Assembly: GCA_903821745.1 (NCBI GenBank)
Contig: CAIJMI010000004.1
Coordinates: forward strand, 152,404 to 216,403
Origin: Candidatus Gottesmanbacteria bacterium
GTDB taxonomy: Bacteria; Patescibacteriota; Microgenomatia; UBA10105; UBA927
Length of the DNA: 64,000 nt
Direction: 5' to 3'
Shown here: positions 50,847 to 61,349 of the stretch, one piece after another
Numbering within the stretch: position 1 is the first letter of the stretch
Layout of the letters: the number at the start of each line of letters is the position of its first letter
Position numbers and translations under genes: made by a program
Notes under the pieces: generated by a model
Told to the model about the DNA's origin: nothing
The model's database searches: none
What the model saw: the letters and a program-made list of their open reading frames with translations, nothing else

Positions 50847-51773
50847 ATGAAGCAGAAAATCTTCTTTCTCATCGGAATCCTTGTTTTTGTTGCTCTCATT
50901 ATCGGCGTTATTAAAATGGTGTTGGGCAAATCTTCGAAACAAGGGGATTTACGGGTAGAAAGTAATCCTGTAGCAAGTGTATTTTTGGACAATAAACATA
51001 TTGGAAGAACGCCAATCGGAGAAACATCATATAAACTTGATCCTGGTGAATACACGTTAAAAATCGTTCCAGATTCCGGTTCAACACAATTTGCCAGCTG
51101 GACAGGGAAAATAACGATTGGACCGAATTTGTTAACGTATGTCAAAGCGGACATGTCCGAATCAGAACTGTCAACCGCTGTTGATGTGTTGTGGTTGGAA
51201 AAAATGAGTGGGAAAAAATCGGAGGTTTCGGTAACCACTATGCCTGACAGTGCAACCGTTATGATTGATGATGAAACAAAAGGTATGACACCAATCATTA
51301 TTCCTGACATCACTCCTGGAAATCATGTGATAACGATTACCTCACAGGGGTTTCTGACTCGAACAATGAAAGTGCAATTAACCCCAGGATATCGGCTCAT
51401 TGCAGCACTCAAGCTGGCGCTAACATCAGCTAAATCGGTAACACTAACACCCGAAGCATCTTCATCAGCATCGACAGTCAAAACAGCAACACCTTCAGGA
51501 ACAATTAAACCAACCCCCAAAACAACACCACTTACGAGTCTTCAGGATCCGGTAAAACCCTATGCGCTGATTAAAGATACGCCAACGGGGTATTTGAATG
51601 TTCGGATGGGGCCAGTGAAAACAGCGACCAAAACAGCTGAGGTGAAACCAGGAGAAAAATATTCTTACGACAAAACAGAAACAGACACGGCAAGTACGGT
51701 TTGGTACGAAATTAAAAAAGATGGTGTTGTCTTAGGATGGATTTCAGGACAATACGTTGAGAACGTCGAGTAA
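50847..51773 (+). CDS. PEGA-domain membrane-anchored protein with C-terminal SH3b-like domain
   Basis: N-terminal TM; two PEGA-like repeats (GRTPIGE..Y.L..G.Y.L); T/P-rich linker; bacterial SH3-like C-terminus. Confidence 0.5.
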   Translation: MKQKIFFLIGILVFVALIIGVIKMVLGKSSKQGDLRVESNPVASVFLDNKHIGRTPIGETSYKLDPGEYTLKIVPDSGSTQFASWTGKITIGPNLLTYVKADMSESELSTAVDVLWLEKMSGKKSEVSVTTMPDSATVMIDDETKGMTPIIIPDITPGNHVITITSQGFLTRTMKVQLTPGYRLIAALKLALTSAKSVTLTPEASSSASTVKTATPSGTIKPTPKTTPLTSLQDPVKPYALIKDTPTGYLNVRMGPVKTATKTAEVKPGEKYSYDKTETDTASTVWYEIKKDGVVLGWISGQYVENVE

Positions 51774-51775
51774 AG

Positions 51776-52714
51776 TTATCCTCCAATGCCGTAGATGACA
51801 AGAAGGACGGAACCAACCCACAAAAGAATTGTTGTTAACAGGGGAATATCTGATGTTAATATTTTTTCCGGTGATTCACCTTTTCCTTCATAAATAAGCT
51901 GCATATAGCGCATAATTCCATACAACACAAAGGGAATGGTGATCATCATCCATTTTCGATCCGGAAGCCCTACGCCAAAATCTTCATAATTTTTAAAGAA
52001 AAATCCCAAATTAGACGGTTTCTCAAGAAAGGTGTAATAGGCATAGGTGATAAACGTGGAATTGGCAAACATAGCAGTATAGGTATCAAGTAACTTTTCT
52101 GAATAATGCGATAAACTGTCTCTCGTATCTTTTGGAACAATACCCTGATACCCCTGAATTAAGGTTAGCTCTGCTCTCCGTTTTCCCGTTGCTAAGAAGA
52201 GGGCCAGTGAAAATGCAGCAAGGGCAAGCCAGACGGAAATATGATATCCCGTTGCAGCTTCACCTGCATAAACGCGGATAAAATACGCTGCTGTGATTGC
52301 CAGAATATCGATAACGACAATATGTTTTAACACTAAAGAGTATCCATATTGCAGACAAATAAAGCCGATGGATAATAGTAAAAAGGTCGTTCCAAGAGAT
52401 GCAGCTATTATCATGCCAATGATAAATAGACCAAGGGACGTAAAAAGTGCAATTGGAACAGGGAGTTTTCCACTCGCAATTGGGCGAAACTTTTTAAATG
52501 GATGTTTTCTGTCTTTTGCTGCATCCAAAATATCATTGATAATATAGCTGGATGAAGAAAAACAGCAGAGTGCAATAAATGCCCAAAGGGATGGAACAAA
52601 AAAAGCAGGCTGGAAAAATTTACCTGTAAAAAGAATCGGCGTAAACACCGCAACATTTTTCAACCATTGTCTTGGTCTTGTGGTTTTGAAAATTGCGAAA
52701 AGAAGTTGACCCAT
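51776..52714 (-). CDS. UbiA-family prenyltransferase (decaprenyl-phosphate phosphoribosyltransferase-like)
   Basis: TTRPRQWLKN N-terminus and NDxxD-type motif IINDILDAAKDRKHP. The longer ORF extension to 52894 is probably not translated. Confidence 0.7.
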   Translation of the reverse strand: MGQLLFAIFKTTRPRQWLKNVAVFTPILFTGKFFQPAFFVPSLWAFIALCCFSSSSYIINDILDAAKDRKHPFKKFRPIASGKLPVPIALFTSLGLFIIGMIIAASLGTTFLLLSIGFICLQYGYSLVLKHIVVIDILAITAAYFIRVYAGEAATGYHISVWLALAAFSLALFLATGKRRAELTLIQGYQGIVPKDTRDSLSHYSEKLLDTYTAMFANSTFITYAYYTFLEKPSNLGFFFKNYEDFGVGLPDRKWMMITIPFVLYGIMRYMQLIYEGKGESPEKILTSDIPLLTTILLWVGSVLLVIYGIGG

Positions 52715-53751
52715 AAGAAAAAGCCTCCTATAGCAACCGCAATCAAAAATAATGCAAATATTTTTTGTCTGCTGTTGATAACGAGTGCGATCACTCCCAG
52801 TATAGCGGAGACCCCCCAGTAAAACAATGCAATTCTTCGTTTTCCCCATCCTGCATCCATAAGAACGTGATGAAGATGCTTTCTGTCTGCCCAAACGGGT
52901 GACTTCCCTTTTGCAACACGCCGAAGAAGGGTATACACCGCATCAACCGTTGGAATACCAAGAACTAAAAGTGCCGTACCCAATTTTCCATAAGATAAAA
53001 TTGCAAGAAGTCCCAGAAGAAATCCTGCAAGTGTTTTTCCACTGTAGCCTGGCATAATTTTTTGCGGATAAAAATTCCAAGGTAAAAATCCGGCATATGC
53101 ACCGGATACGATAAAGGCAAAAACAGTTATTGGGATTTGTGACGGATCATTAATACTATACCGTAAAGAAAGAATGCCAATGATGCCGGCACTAATGGAA
53201 ACAAATCCCGGCATTTGTCCTTCAACTCCTGCAGACCATCCGACAATATTAGTTGTCCACATAAGCCATAAAAATGCAGTAATTGCTGACCAGACAAGGA
53301 GCGAATGCGTACCGAAAAACTGGATGGTGATGCGAAGCGTATCAAGATGCAGAAGTCCTCCAGTAATGGGATTGGTAATATACGGTACGCCTGCACCCGC
53401 AAGAATGGCAATGCCGATTGCAAGGGAATTGGTAAGGATACGGATATATGGGCTGATATCCTTTTTATCGTCAAGAAGTCCAACGACCGTAAAAATAATA
53501 CAAGAGATGGTAATACCAATAAAGAGTTTATTTAATGGTAGAAAGATAAGAGAAACAGCTAAAATACCTATGACAATGGCAAGTCCTCCTGCGCGAGGGA
53601 TGATACCGACATGGGTATTGGCTGGATGAATCCGTTTTTTTGGATCATCCACTAATCCATATCGTTTGGCGAACCAGATCATAAATGGCGTTATTCCCAT
53701 TGTGGTTGCGGTGGCAAGAAGAAATGGGATAAAAATATTTTGTACCCACAT
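52660..53751 (-). CDS. Glycosyltransferase family 4 polyprenyl-phosphate sugar-1-phosphate transferase (WecA/MraY family)
   Basis: DD motif (LLDDKKD); about 10 TM helices. Confidence 0.75.
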   Translation of the reverse strand: MWVQNIFIPFLLATATTMGITPFMIWFAKRYGLVDDPKKRIHPANTHVGIIPRAGGLAIVIGILAVSLIFLPLNKLFIGITISCIIFTVVGLLDDKKDISPYIRILTNSLAIGIAILAGAGVPYITNPITGGLLHLDTLRITIQFFGTHSLLVWSAITAFLWLMWTTNIVGWSAGVEGQMPGFVSISAGIIGILSLRYSINDPSQIPITVFAFIVSGAYAGFLPWNFYPQKIMPGYSGKTLAGFLLGLLAILSYGKLGTALLVLGIPTVDAVYTLLRRVAKGKSPVWADRKHLHHVLMDAGWGKRRIALFYWGVSAILGVIALVINSRQKIFALFLIAVAIGGFFLWVNFFSQFSKPQDQDNG

Positions 53752-53755
53752 ATGT

Positions 53756-54148
53756 TTAAATGACCATCGTAATAATTTTAACGAGTGTGATGGTCGAAAG
53801 AATGCTTATGACAAGAGAGCTAAGTGTAAGGGTTTGAGAAAAAACGAGATATTCATTCGTTAGGATTGAGGCAATAGAGATATTAATACCGGTAATAACA
53901 AGGGATGATGCAGGAAGAAGAAAAAGCCAGAATGGAGGAGCTAATCGTTCAGCTCCCCACGGTTTGGAATACCACAAGGGTACAATGGGTGGAAGTTTTT
54001 GCCAAAAGATAATGATACCAAGAACACTTATTGTACATAACAATAACGTGAACTTTGTTGCAAGAGAAATAATTCTATTTTGTGAAAGTATTTTCCATGA
54101 GGCGATGAGTGTGCGCCATTGATTGTGTATAACGGCAAGGAATTTCAT
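53756..54148 (-). CDS. Small integral membrane protein
   Basis: 3-4 TM helices within the glycan cluster. Confidence 0.4.
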   Translation of the reverse strand: MKFLAVIHNQWRTLIASWKILSQNRIISLATKFTLLLCTISVLGIIIFWQKLPPIVPLWYSKPWGAERLAPPFWLFLLPASSLVITGINISIASILTNEYLVFSQTLTLSSLVISILSTITLVKIITMVI

Positions 54149-54156
54149 AAGAATCG

Positions 54157-55488
54157 TTATTTTTTTACTCCTTTGGTGAGTGGCAATTCATAGGTAATGG
54201 AATAGGTTCCATCTCCATGTACCATAAATGTTCGGATTGGATAGGAAGGAAGTTGATTTGCTATATGTTTTGCATCAAGTACTGCATCACCGATAAACCA
54301 AGGAAACACCGCGCCTTTTGGGTTATAAAAATAAACCCGATTTCTGTTTTTTGCATAATACATCGTTTCAAGAAAGATAATCGGATTATCTGCAAATATA
54401 ACGTCCTGTGGTTCAATGAGGGTATTAATTTCTTGCATTGGTGTACGAAGATCCATTTTACTGTGTTTGTCTGAATACCACATACTAAAACCAAACGTGT
54501 AAGAAAAAATTGCAATCGCGAACATCCATTGGACAATTTTCATTTTGAATGAAGAAATTGCGTAGCCAATCAGAAACACTTCTGCAATAGTTACCGGAAT
54601 ACAATATCGATTCACAAAGATAGGTTTAATAAAGGAAACGCCGATGACAAGAATAAGGGGAATATATACAAAACCTAAAAATAATGTCGAATGTTTTCGG
54701 TTCGATTTTGGTATAAACGCCACAAAAGACAAGATTAAAAGAATGATAGACATCCATCGGGTGGTAGTCCATAAATACCCTGGCGTCCCTTCGTACCCGG
54801 TATACATGTTTCCAAGTACGGAGAAAATGAGATGAAAATCAACAGCAAAATACCATGAATAGTTAAATTTATGTGCAACAAAAAGAAAGCGGATAATCCA
54901 CGGTAAGATCGCCAGAGTAAATAGCAAAATGGATCGAATTATGGGGTCTTTAAAGAAAGTTTTTCGTTGAAACAATGTTTTGAAATGAATAATTCCGTAG
55001 TGAAGTAAACAAACAAATGGAATCATGCCAGCATAGAGGTGTGTGTAAAATCCCAATATTGCACCGATGGCAAATAGTTTCCAGTTTTGTTTAAGATATC
55101 CATAGATAGTGAGCGTGGTAAAAAAGATATACCATCCATATGCGCGCGCCTCAAGTGCGTAATAGAGAAGCATGGGGTTAAAAAAGAACAATAATGGGAT
55201 GAGCCATTGTATCCATTTTTTAGAAAATAAGTGCTCTGCAAGTAAAATAACGAGAATTGTTGCCAGTGCAAATCCGATAAACGATAGTGACCGAACAGCT
55301 ATTTCACTTTGTCCAAATAGTTTCAGCCAAAAATGGAGGAGGATGTAATAGAGCGGTGGATCAAATGAAGAATTTTGGAGAATCCAAGCCAGTGGTCGTG
55401 ATGCAAAGAGCACAGAAAATGCTTCGTCCCGCCAAAAACTTTGTATAAAATAAAACAATGGTGAGTGCGTTAATATATACGTGAACAT
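54157..55488 (-). CDS. GT-C fold glycosyltransferase (ArnT/PMT-like, families 39/83)
   Basis: First-loop DE motif (FWRDEAFSV); about 12 TM helices. Confidence 0.6.
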   Translation of the reverse strand: MFTYILTHSPLFYFIQSFWRDEAFSVLFASRPLAWILQNSSFDPPLYYILLHFWLKLFGQSEIAVRSLSFIGFALATILVILLAEHLFSKKWIQWLIPLLFFFNPMLLYYALEARAYGWYIFFTTLTIYGYLKQNWKLFAIGAILGFYTHLYAGMIPFVCLLHYGIIHFKTLFQRKTFFKDPIIRSILLFTLAILPWIIRFLFVAHKFNYSWYFAVDFHLIFSVLGNMYTGYEGTPGYLWTTTRWMSIILLILSFVAFIPKSNRKHSTLFLGFVYIPLILVIGVSFIKPIFVNRYCIPVTIAEVFLIGYAISSFKMKIVQWMFAIAIFSYTFGFSMWYSDKHSKMDLRTPMQEINTLIEPQDVIFADNPIIFLETMYYAKNRNRVYFYNPKGAVFPWFIGDAVLDAKHIANQLPSYPIRTFMVHGDGTYSITYELPLTKGVKK

Positions 55489-55497
55489 GCAATTCTA

Positions 55498-56976
55498 TTA
55501 TACCTTTTCTGTTACACGATATTCCAATCGTTTTCCAAGCATGAGTCTTGTATGCGCATCGAGTCCTGGTAGTGCAGAAAGAAAGAACGAGATGATCGGT
55601 AGCGTAAACCATTGTAAATACAAAAATGGGAGTTTCCATGAAGCATAGTCTTTCGGTTTTGGTGGTCGAATGCGCCAATCAATAATAAAAACGATAATTA
55701 AAAAGATGGTCGAAAGGGTAAGAATGCCCGATGAAAGTTGAGCAAGATTGTGACCAAGAACGGTTCTTCCAAATACAGGATTGATCAGTGGAGGAATTGT
55801 GCTTCCTAGGGTAAGCAAAAACCAATTTGCGGGCCAAAAGACATGATGTTCTAAGATCATAAAAACCCGTCGGAATCGGTCAGAAAATGGAATTTCTGTA
55901 TGTAAAAATGCATTTCGAATAACAAACGGAACATCGGAAACACCCCACGCCCACCGTTTGGACTGCTCATATTGATTTACAATGGTTTTGACGAAACTAT
56001 GACTTTCTGCAGCATCCACAAGAATGGGAAGAAAAATGCTTTCGGTGTGGGTGAGATGGCCTTTGGCAAAATATACTTTGAAGAATAAATGGTAGTCCTC
56101 CGGGATAACGTCAACGTCCCAATACCCAACATCAATAATGGTTTTAAGTGAGAGAGAATACGTTGAAAAATTGATAAATCGTGATTGTTGGGATAAAAGA
56201 GCAAGGTTCCAAATGCTATTGATGGTGTTAAACCATTTATTTGGTATTGGAATACGCCAGATATTTGAGTAAAAAAGAATAGCGCCTTGATAAAAATGAA
56301 ACGTATTCTTGTCATCAGTTAAAAATTTATATGAAAGGTATGAAAAATACTTCGGATGAATCATGGCGTCTGCGTCACAGGAGGTTATAGTGGTAAACGC
56401 AGGGTCTACCAAGTCTTTGGTTTGTTTCACTACTTCTTTTGCCGCCCATGCCATGTTGGAAGATTTTCCCATCACTTCACCTGGGGTGAGGGGGTGGTTG
56501 GTGATAATAAATCCGCCAAATTTATGTTCATATTCCTTTTTCAGCAAAGCGCCCGTTTCATTAGCACTGGTGTCTTTGGCTTCCGTTGCAAGGACGATAA
56601 TCAGTTTTTCTTTTGGTATATCCTGAAGACACAAATTATCAAACGTTCGGCGTAAAATATGAATCGGTTCTTTATATTCAGGAATGATCACAATATGTTT
56701 GATTGCTGCAAACGTTTTAAGTGTCTTTGCTTTTTTGAGCCAGTCAACTTTGATATGCGCCTGCATGGTTAGGTATGACCGGATTGCCGAGTAGGCAAGT
56801 GTAAAGGATTTGTAAAACCAGTAAACGTCAAACGTGATAATAAGGTATGCAACGAGTGCTGGATGCCAGAACGAAAGCCATAATGGCATCGTGATTAATA
56901 CCCATGATGTTAAAGGGATTGAAAATTCCAATAACCGCTGCATTCTGTTTGGATAGAGAAGAAACAATCGGCGCAT
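55498..56976 (-). CDS. Processive family-2 glycosyltransferase (cellulose/chitin-synthase-like) with flanking TM helices
   Basis: D, DxD (CDADA) and QSKRW (QxxRW) motifs. Confidence 0.75.
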   Translation of the reverse strand: MRRLFLLYPNRMQRLLEFSIPLTSWVLITMPLWLSFWHPALVAYLIITFDVYWFYKSFTLAYSAIRSYLTMQAHIKVDWLKKAKTLKTFAAIKHIVIIPEYKEPIHILRRTFDNLCLQDIPKEKLIIVLATEAKDTSANETGALLKKEYEHKFGGFIITNHPLTPGEVMGKSSNMAWAAKEVVKQTKDLVDPAFTTITSCDADAMIHPKYFSYLSYKFLTDDKNTFHFYQGAILFYSNIWRIPIPNKWFNTINSIWNLALLSQQSRFINFSTYSLSLKTIIDVGYWDVDVIPEDYHLFFKVYFAKGHLTHTESIFLPILVDAAESHSFVKTIVNQYEQSKRWAWGVSDVPFVIRNAFLHTEIPFSDRFRRVFMILEHHVFWPANWFLLTLGSTIPPLINPVFGRTVLGHNLAQLSSGILTLSTIFLIIVFIIDWRIRPPKPKDYASWKLPFLYLQWFTLPIISFFLSALPGLDAHTRLMLGKRLEYRVTEKV

Positions 56977-57001
56977 AAAGACAAGCTAAGTATACCATTT
57001 T

Positions 57002-57697
57002 TTACCGAATATCAGGAAATCCGACTTTGTCACCTCGATGCAGGACAAAATAGATGAAAAATGCTTTGAGTCCCCGAAAAATATATTTGTATCCTTCATC
57101 GCCACGTCGGCCAGAGCTGATGACAATAAGTCGAGGTAAGTAAAGCACGCGTCCAACTTTTCGGAGTCTGTGTGCCATTTCCACATCTTCCGCAATTTTA
57201 AAATCCACCGGAAATCCTCCTGCTTCGTTAGCTTTTGCTCGTATAAATGAGATATTTTGTCCCGCTGCCATGTAAATACCAAACCAATAGAGAATCTGAT
57301 TGATAAATGGTTGGAGTACATTAATGATCAAGCGATAGAAAAATCTTCCATCTTTTACCCTAAATGAACCAAAAGCTCCCGATACTCCAGGTTTAGAAAG
57401 CGCAGTTTCAATTTGTGTAAGCCAATCTTTAGGGACAATGGTGTCAGCATCTGTATATGCAACGAAATCTCCTTTGGCAATTGCCAGTCCCTGTTGTCTT
57501 GCAAATCCGATGACGCGATGGGGAACCGTAATCACGATAGCGCCTAGTTTTTTTGAAACGTCTGCTGTTTTATCTATTGATCCTCCGTCAACAACAATAA
57601 TTTCATCCGGTTTTCTATCAAGTTCTAGTAGTGATTTAATAGTTCGTGGAAGTAAAACTTCTTCATTATATGCGGGAATGACAACAGAAATTTTCAT
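57002..57697 (-). CDS. Family-2 glycosyltransferase, polyprenyl-phosphate hexose synthase-like (DPM1-like)
   Basis: VVIPAYNEE, DGGSIDKT and YTDADT motifs. Confidence 0.8.
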   Translation of the reverse strand: MKISVVIPAYNEEVLLPRTIKSLLELDRKPDEIIVVDGGSIDKTADVSKKLGAIVITVPHRVIGFARQQGLAIAKGDFVAYTDADTIVPKDWLTQIETALSKPGVSGAFGSFRVKDGRFFYRLIINVLQPFINQILYWFGIYMAAGQNISFIRAKANEAGGFPVDFKIAEDVEMAHRLRKVGRVLYLPRLIVISSGRRGDEGYKYIFRGLKAFFIYFVLHRGDKVGFPDIR

Positions 57698-57705
57698 ACT
57701 TTTTA

Positions 57706-58470
57706 TTATATCGTAAAAAGTGTTTGTGCATTATATGTTGTTGCTTCTTCAATGTCTTTGACGTCTTTATTTTGTAACTTTGCAATTGCTTGGGCGATTA
57801 AAGGAATATATTTTGGTTCTTCACGTTCTCCACGGTGACCTTCTGGTGGTAAGTACGGGGAATCCGTTTCAAGAAGCAAACGATCAAGGGGAATTGAAGG
57901 CATTACCATTGCAAGTTGTTTGGAATAGGTTGCGTTACCGTCAAGACCAATATAAAAACCTCTGTCAGTAATATTTCGTATGTCTTCAAGTCCTCCGCTA
58001 AAACAATGAAATACCCCCCGTGGAAGTGCGGGGAGTTGATCAAGAACATTGAAAATATCGGCAAACGCGTCGCGAGAATGAATAATAACGGGTAAGTTAA
58101 ATTCAAGTGCAATATGAAGTTGAGTATCAAACAGTCCTATCTGTTCATTTTTTTTTCCGACCGCATCAAATCCTTTATACGAATGATAATCGAGGCCGCA
58201 TTCACCGATAGCGATTGTCTCATTGGTCATGATTTTTACAATATCTTTTCGTTCTAATTTATTACCCGCATTGTATGGATGAATACCGACGGAGGCATAA
58301 ATAACACCGGGATTTTGAAGAGCCAGCTCTGCAGCACTTAACGAAGTTTTTATATCATCTCCTGGGTTAATAAATTTTTTCACTCCGGCTTTTTTTGCGT
58401 TGCCAATAACCATTGCCCGATCTTCATCAAAATTTGAGAAGTTTAAATGACAGTGTGTGTCGATATACAT
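57706..58470 (-). CDS. TatD-family metal-dependent hydrolase
   Basis: N-terminal DTHCHL and conserved His/Glu/Asp residues. Confidence 0.85.
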   Translation of the reverse strand: MYIDTHCHLNFSNFDEDRAMVIGNAKKAGVKKFINPGDDIKTSLSAAELALQNPGVIYASVGIHPYNAGNKLERKDIVKIMTNETIAIGECGLDYHSYKGFDAVGKKNEQIGLFDTQLHIALEFNLPVIIHSRDAFADIFNVLDQLPALPRGVFHCFSGGLEDIRNITDRGFYIGLDGNATYSKQLAMVMPSIPLDRLLLETDSPYLPPEGHRGEREEPKYIPLIAQAIAKLQNKDVKDIEEATTYNAQTLFTI

Positions 58471-58481
58471 ACCTTAATATA

Positions 58482-59909
58482 TTATGGTAATCGCGGAAAT
58501 AACGGTGGTAGTGATGCAATGGTTGGCCCTGCAAATTGCGTTAATATTCGTTCTGCAGTTTCTGGAAGAAACGGTTGAAGAAGTATTGCAATTGTTTGAA
58601 TTTGTTGTACTGCATCGATAAGAATGGGAGTCCGATCAGGTTCAGACAATCTCCATGGTTCTTTGTCATTGATCAATTTATCGCAGATCTTTATTTTTTC
58701 CCACACAAATCCCAGCGCATCGTTGAGTTGAAATTCGTCAATCATCTTTTTGTATTCGTCTTTGAATACATCTTTAAATGTTGTTGTATTTTTCCCGTAC
58801 GTTACGGTTCCAGAAAGTTTTGCAACACGTGATGTAAGATTTCCAAGCCCGTTTGCTAAATCTGCGTTATACAGCTCTTTAAATCGCCGTTCAGAAAAAT
58901 CTCCATCCGCAAACGTTGGAAGTTCCTTTAAGAAATAATAGCGTAAACTTTCTGCACCGTATTTTGAAATGAGTGCAGTTGGGTCAACAATGTTACCAAC
59001 GGTTTTACTCATCTTTTGTCCATCAACGGTAAAGTATCCATGGACAAGAATAGTTTTTGGAAGTGAAAGTCCTGCAGAGAGTAAAAACGCCGGCCAGTAG
59101 ATAGCATGAAACCGCGCAATCCCTTTTCCAATGACGTGGACATCTGCCGGCCACCATTTTTTGTATGACGTTTCGTCCCATCCAAATCCAATTCCTGACT
59201 GATAAATATTTAACGCATCAAACCACACATACATCCGTTGTGTGTCATCTCCAGGAATAGGAACACCCCAGTTTTTTGCTCGTTCGTTACTTCTTGAGAT
59301 GCTGATATCTTGAAGTGGTTGTTTTAAGAAAGAAAGCATTTCATTCTTTTTTGTTTCCGGAACGATCTTTATCGTATCTGAAGATATGAGATCGATGAGT
59401 TGTTGTTGATAGGAAGAAAGTTTGAAGAAATAATTTTCTTCTTTTACGAGTTCCAATTTTTTTCCCGGATGTTCAAAACATTCTCCGTTCTCATTTAACT
59501 CATCTTTGGTGTAATACTGTTCACATCCGACACAATACAATCCTTCATAAGATTTTTTATAGATATCATGTTCACATAACTTCCAAAGTTTTTGACTTGC
59601 ACTGTAGTGATGTTCCTGATCGCTTCCTTTTTGGAATATGTCAAATTGAACATGAAGCTGTTGAGCTAATTGTTTAAATAACTCTGAATTTTTATCAATA
59701 AATTCTTGAAGTGGTATACCTGCCTTTTCCGCCGCCTGCACGTTTTTGAGCGCATTTTCATCACCACCTGATAAAAGACAGGTTTCATCTCCAAGGAGTC
59801 GGTGAATGCGGGCAACGGTATCAGCCTGTACAAATTCCAATGCGTGGCCCACATGCGGTGTAGCATTGACGTAGGGAATTGCTGTAGTGATATAGAATTT
59901 GTTTGCCAT
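58482..59909 (-). CDS. metG: Methionyl-tRNA synthetase (short form, no C-terminal appended domain)
   Basis: HIGH (PHVGHALE), KMSKT and a CVGCEQYY zinc knuckle. Confidence 0.88.
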   Translation of the reverse strand: MANKFYITTAIPYVNATPHVGHALEFVQADTVARIHRLLGDETCLLSGGDENALKNVQAAEKAGIPLQEFIDKNSELFKQLAQQLHVQFDIFQKGSDQEHHYSASQKLWKLCEHDIYKKSYEGLYCVGCEQYYTKDELNENGECFEHPGKKLELVKEENYFFKLSSYQQQLIDLISSDTIKIVPETKKNEMLSFLKQPLQDISISRSNERAKNWGVPIPGDDTQRMYVWFDALNIYQSGIGFGWDETSYKKWWPADVHVIGKGIARFHAIYWPAFLLSAGLSLPKTILVHGYFTVDGQKMSKTVGNIVDPTALISKYGAESLRYYFLKELPTFADGDFSERRFKELYNADLANGLGNLTSRVAKLSGTVTYGKNTTTFKDVFKDEYKKMIDEFQLNDALGFVWEKIKICDKLINDKEPWRLSEPDRTPILIDAVQQIQTIAILLQPFLPETAERILTQFAGPTIASLPPLFPRLP

Positions 59910-59931
59910 AGCTCATATTATACATTTTTAC

Positions 59932-60273
59932 TCATGTTTTTGGTGAAGAGGTAGAGTGGGAGAAAAGGCGAAGTATAGAGAGACAACAGATAAAAAGAAG
60001 AATTCCATAGATTGGGTGACGAAGATTAAAGGAGCGAAGAAGAAAATACATCACGATGCTGCCAGAAACAATAAGGGACTGTTTTAAATCCGCAAAAATA
60101 TAAAGACAGAGAGTAATGCTAAGGCCAAACAAAAAAGTATAAAACAAAATAAAACGAACAAAGGTATCAGGAGGAAAGGAAACGATAAACCAGGAAAGAA
60201 TGGAAAGGAAGACAACGGCAAGAAGTAAAAAACCGATATTTCGTTTCTTCGTAAAAAACTCACGCATACTCAT
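59932..60273 (-). CDS. Small membrane protein
   Basis: Three TM helices; start trimmed to avoid a divergent overlap with rmuC. Confidence 0.4.
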   Translation of the reverse strand: MSMREFFTKKRNIGFLLLAVVFLSILSWFIVSFPPDTFVRFILFYTFLFGLSITLCLYIFADLKQSLIVSGSIVMYFLLRSFNLRHPIYGILLFICCLSILRLFSHSTSSPKT

Positions 60274-60316
60274 ATTGTAACGTGAACGGGGCAATGTTAG
60301 AATAGCCCTTACGAAT

Positions 60317-61336
60317 ATGGATACACTGCCAATCCTCATCATTGTCCTCATTTTAGGAATTATTTTTATTGTCTATATTTTAAAAACCGAACTATCAAAG
60401 CTTCAAAAGCCGACTGAAAACGCAGCACTAACGCAATGGCTGCAATCTATGCAGGCAACGATTGAGCACACAAATAAAACACTTAATGAAGCAATGCGCG
60501 GTCAAACAGGGGACGTATCACGACTGTTACAGGCAAACTCGAGAGAACTGAATGAACGGTTGGATGCAGCAACACATGTCATTGGCGATTTGAAACGGAA
60601 TTTAGGGGAGATGTCAGAAGTTGGAAAAGGTATCAGGAGTCTCCAAGAATTTTTGCAGTCACCGAAACTTCGGGGAAATATTGGTGAGCAAGTATTATCA
60701 GATATGATCGGTCAGACATTTCCAAAAAACGCCTTTCATTTACAATACAGCTTTCGTTCAGGACAAAAAGTTGATGCCGTGTTAAAAACGGATGCAGGAC
60801 TTCTCTGTATTGATTCAAAATTTCCGATGGAAAATTTTGCCCTTATGCATAATGGGGAAACCGAAAAAAATCGCGCTGACGCAAAAAAGGATTTTATCAG
60901 TGATGTGAAAAAACATATCACCGATATTGCGAAAAAATATATTTTGCCAGAAGAAGGGACCATGGATTTTGCGCTCATGTATATTCCGTCGGAATCTGTC
61001 TATTACGATATTGTGAATAATGAAGCGCTTATGGAAATAGCACGAAATGCTCGTGTATATTGTGTCTCCCCAAATACGCTCTATGCACATTTACAGGTAC
61101 TCCTTCTTTCCTTTCAAGGAAAAGAAATGGAAAACAGGACGAAAGATATATTTCGGCTTCTCCGAGCAGTGCAGAAAGACTATGAAAAAATTGACGAACA
61201 TTTAGGAACGCTTGGCAAACACGTGACAAATGCGTACAACAGTATGAACAGTGTTTCTTCTGGATTTGCAAGCCTCGGACAAAAGCTTTCCAGGTCAAAA
61301 GAAATAGACGCGCCTGAAGAAAAGAAGCTCGCGTGA
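60317..61336 (+). CDS. rmuC: DNA recombination protein RmuC
   Basis: N-terminal TM, coiled coil and a C-terminal RmuC nuclease-like domain. Confidence 0.8.
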   Translation: MDTLPILIIVLILGIIFIVYILKTELSKLQKPTENAALTQWLQSMQATIEHTNKTLNEAMRGQTGDVSRLLQANSRELNERLDAATHVIGDLKRNLGEMSEVGKGIRSLQEFLQSPKLRGNIGEQVLSDMIGQTFPKNAFHLQYSFRSGQKVDAVLKTDAGLLCIDSKFPMENFALMHNGETEKNRADAKKDFISDVKKHITDIAKKYILPEEGTMDFALMYIPSESVYYDIVNNEALMEIARNARVYCVSPNTLYAHLQVLLLSFQGKEMENRTKDIFRLLRAVQKDYEKIDEHLGTLGKHVTNAYNSMNSVSSGFASLGQKLSRSKEIDAPEEKKLA

Positions 61337-61349
61337 TATACTTTCTATC

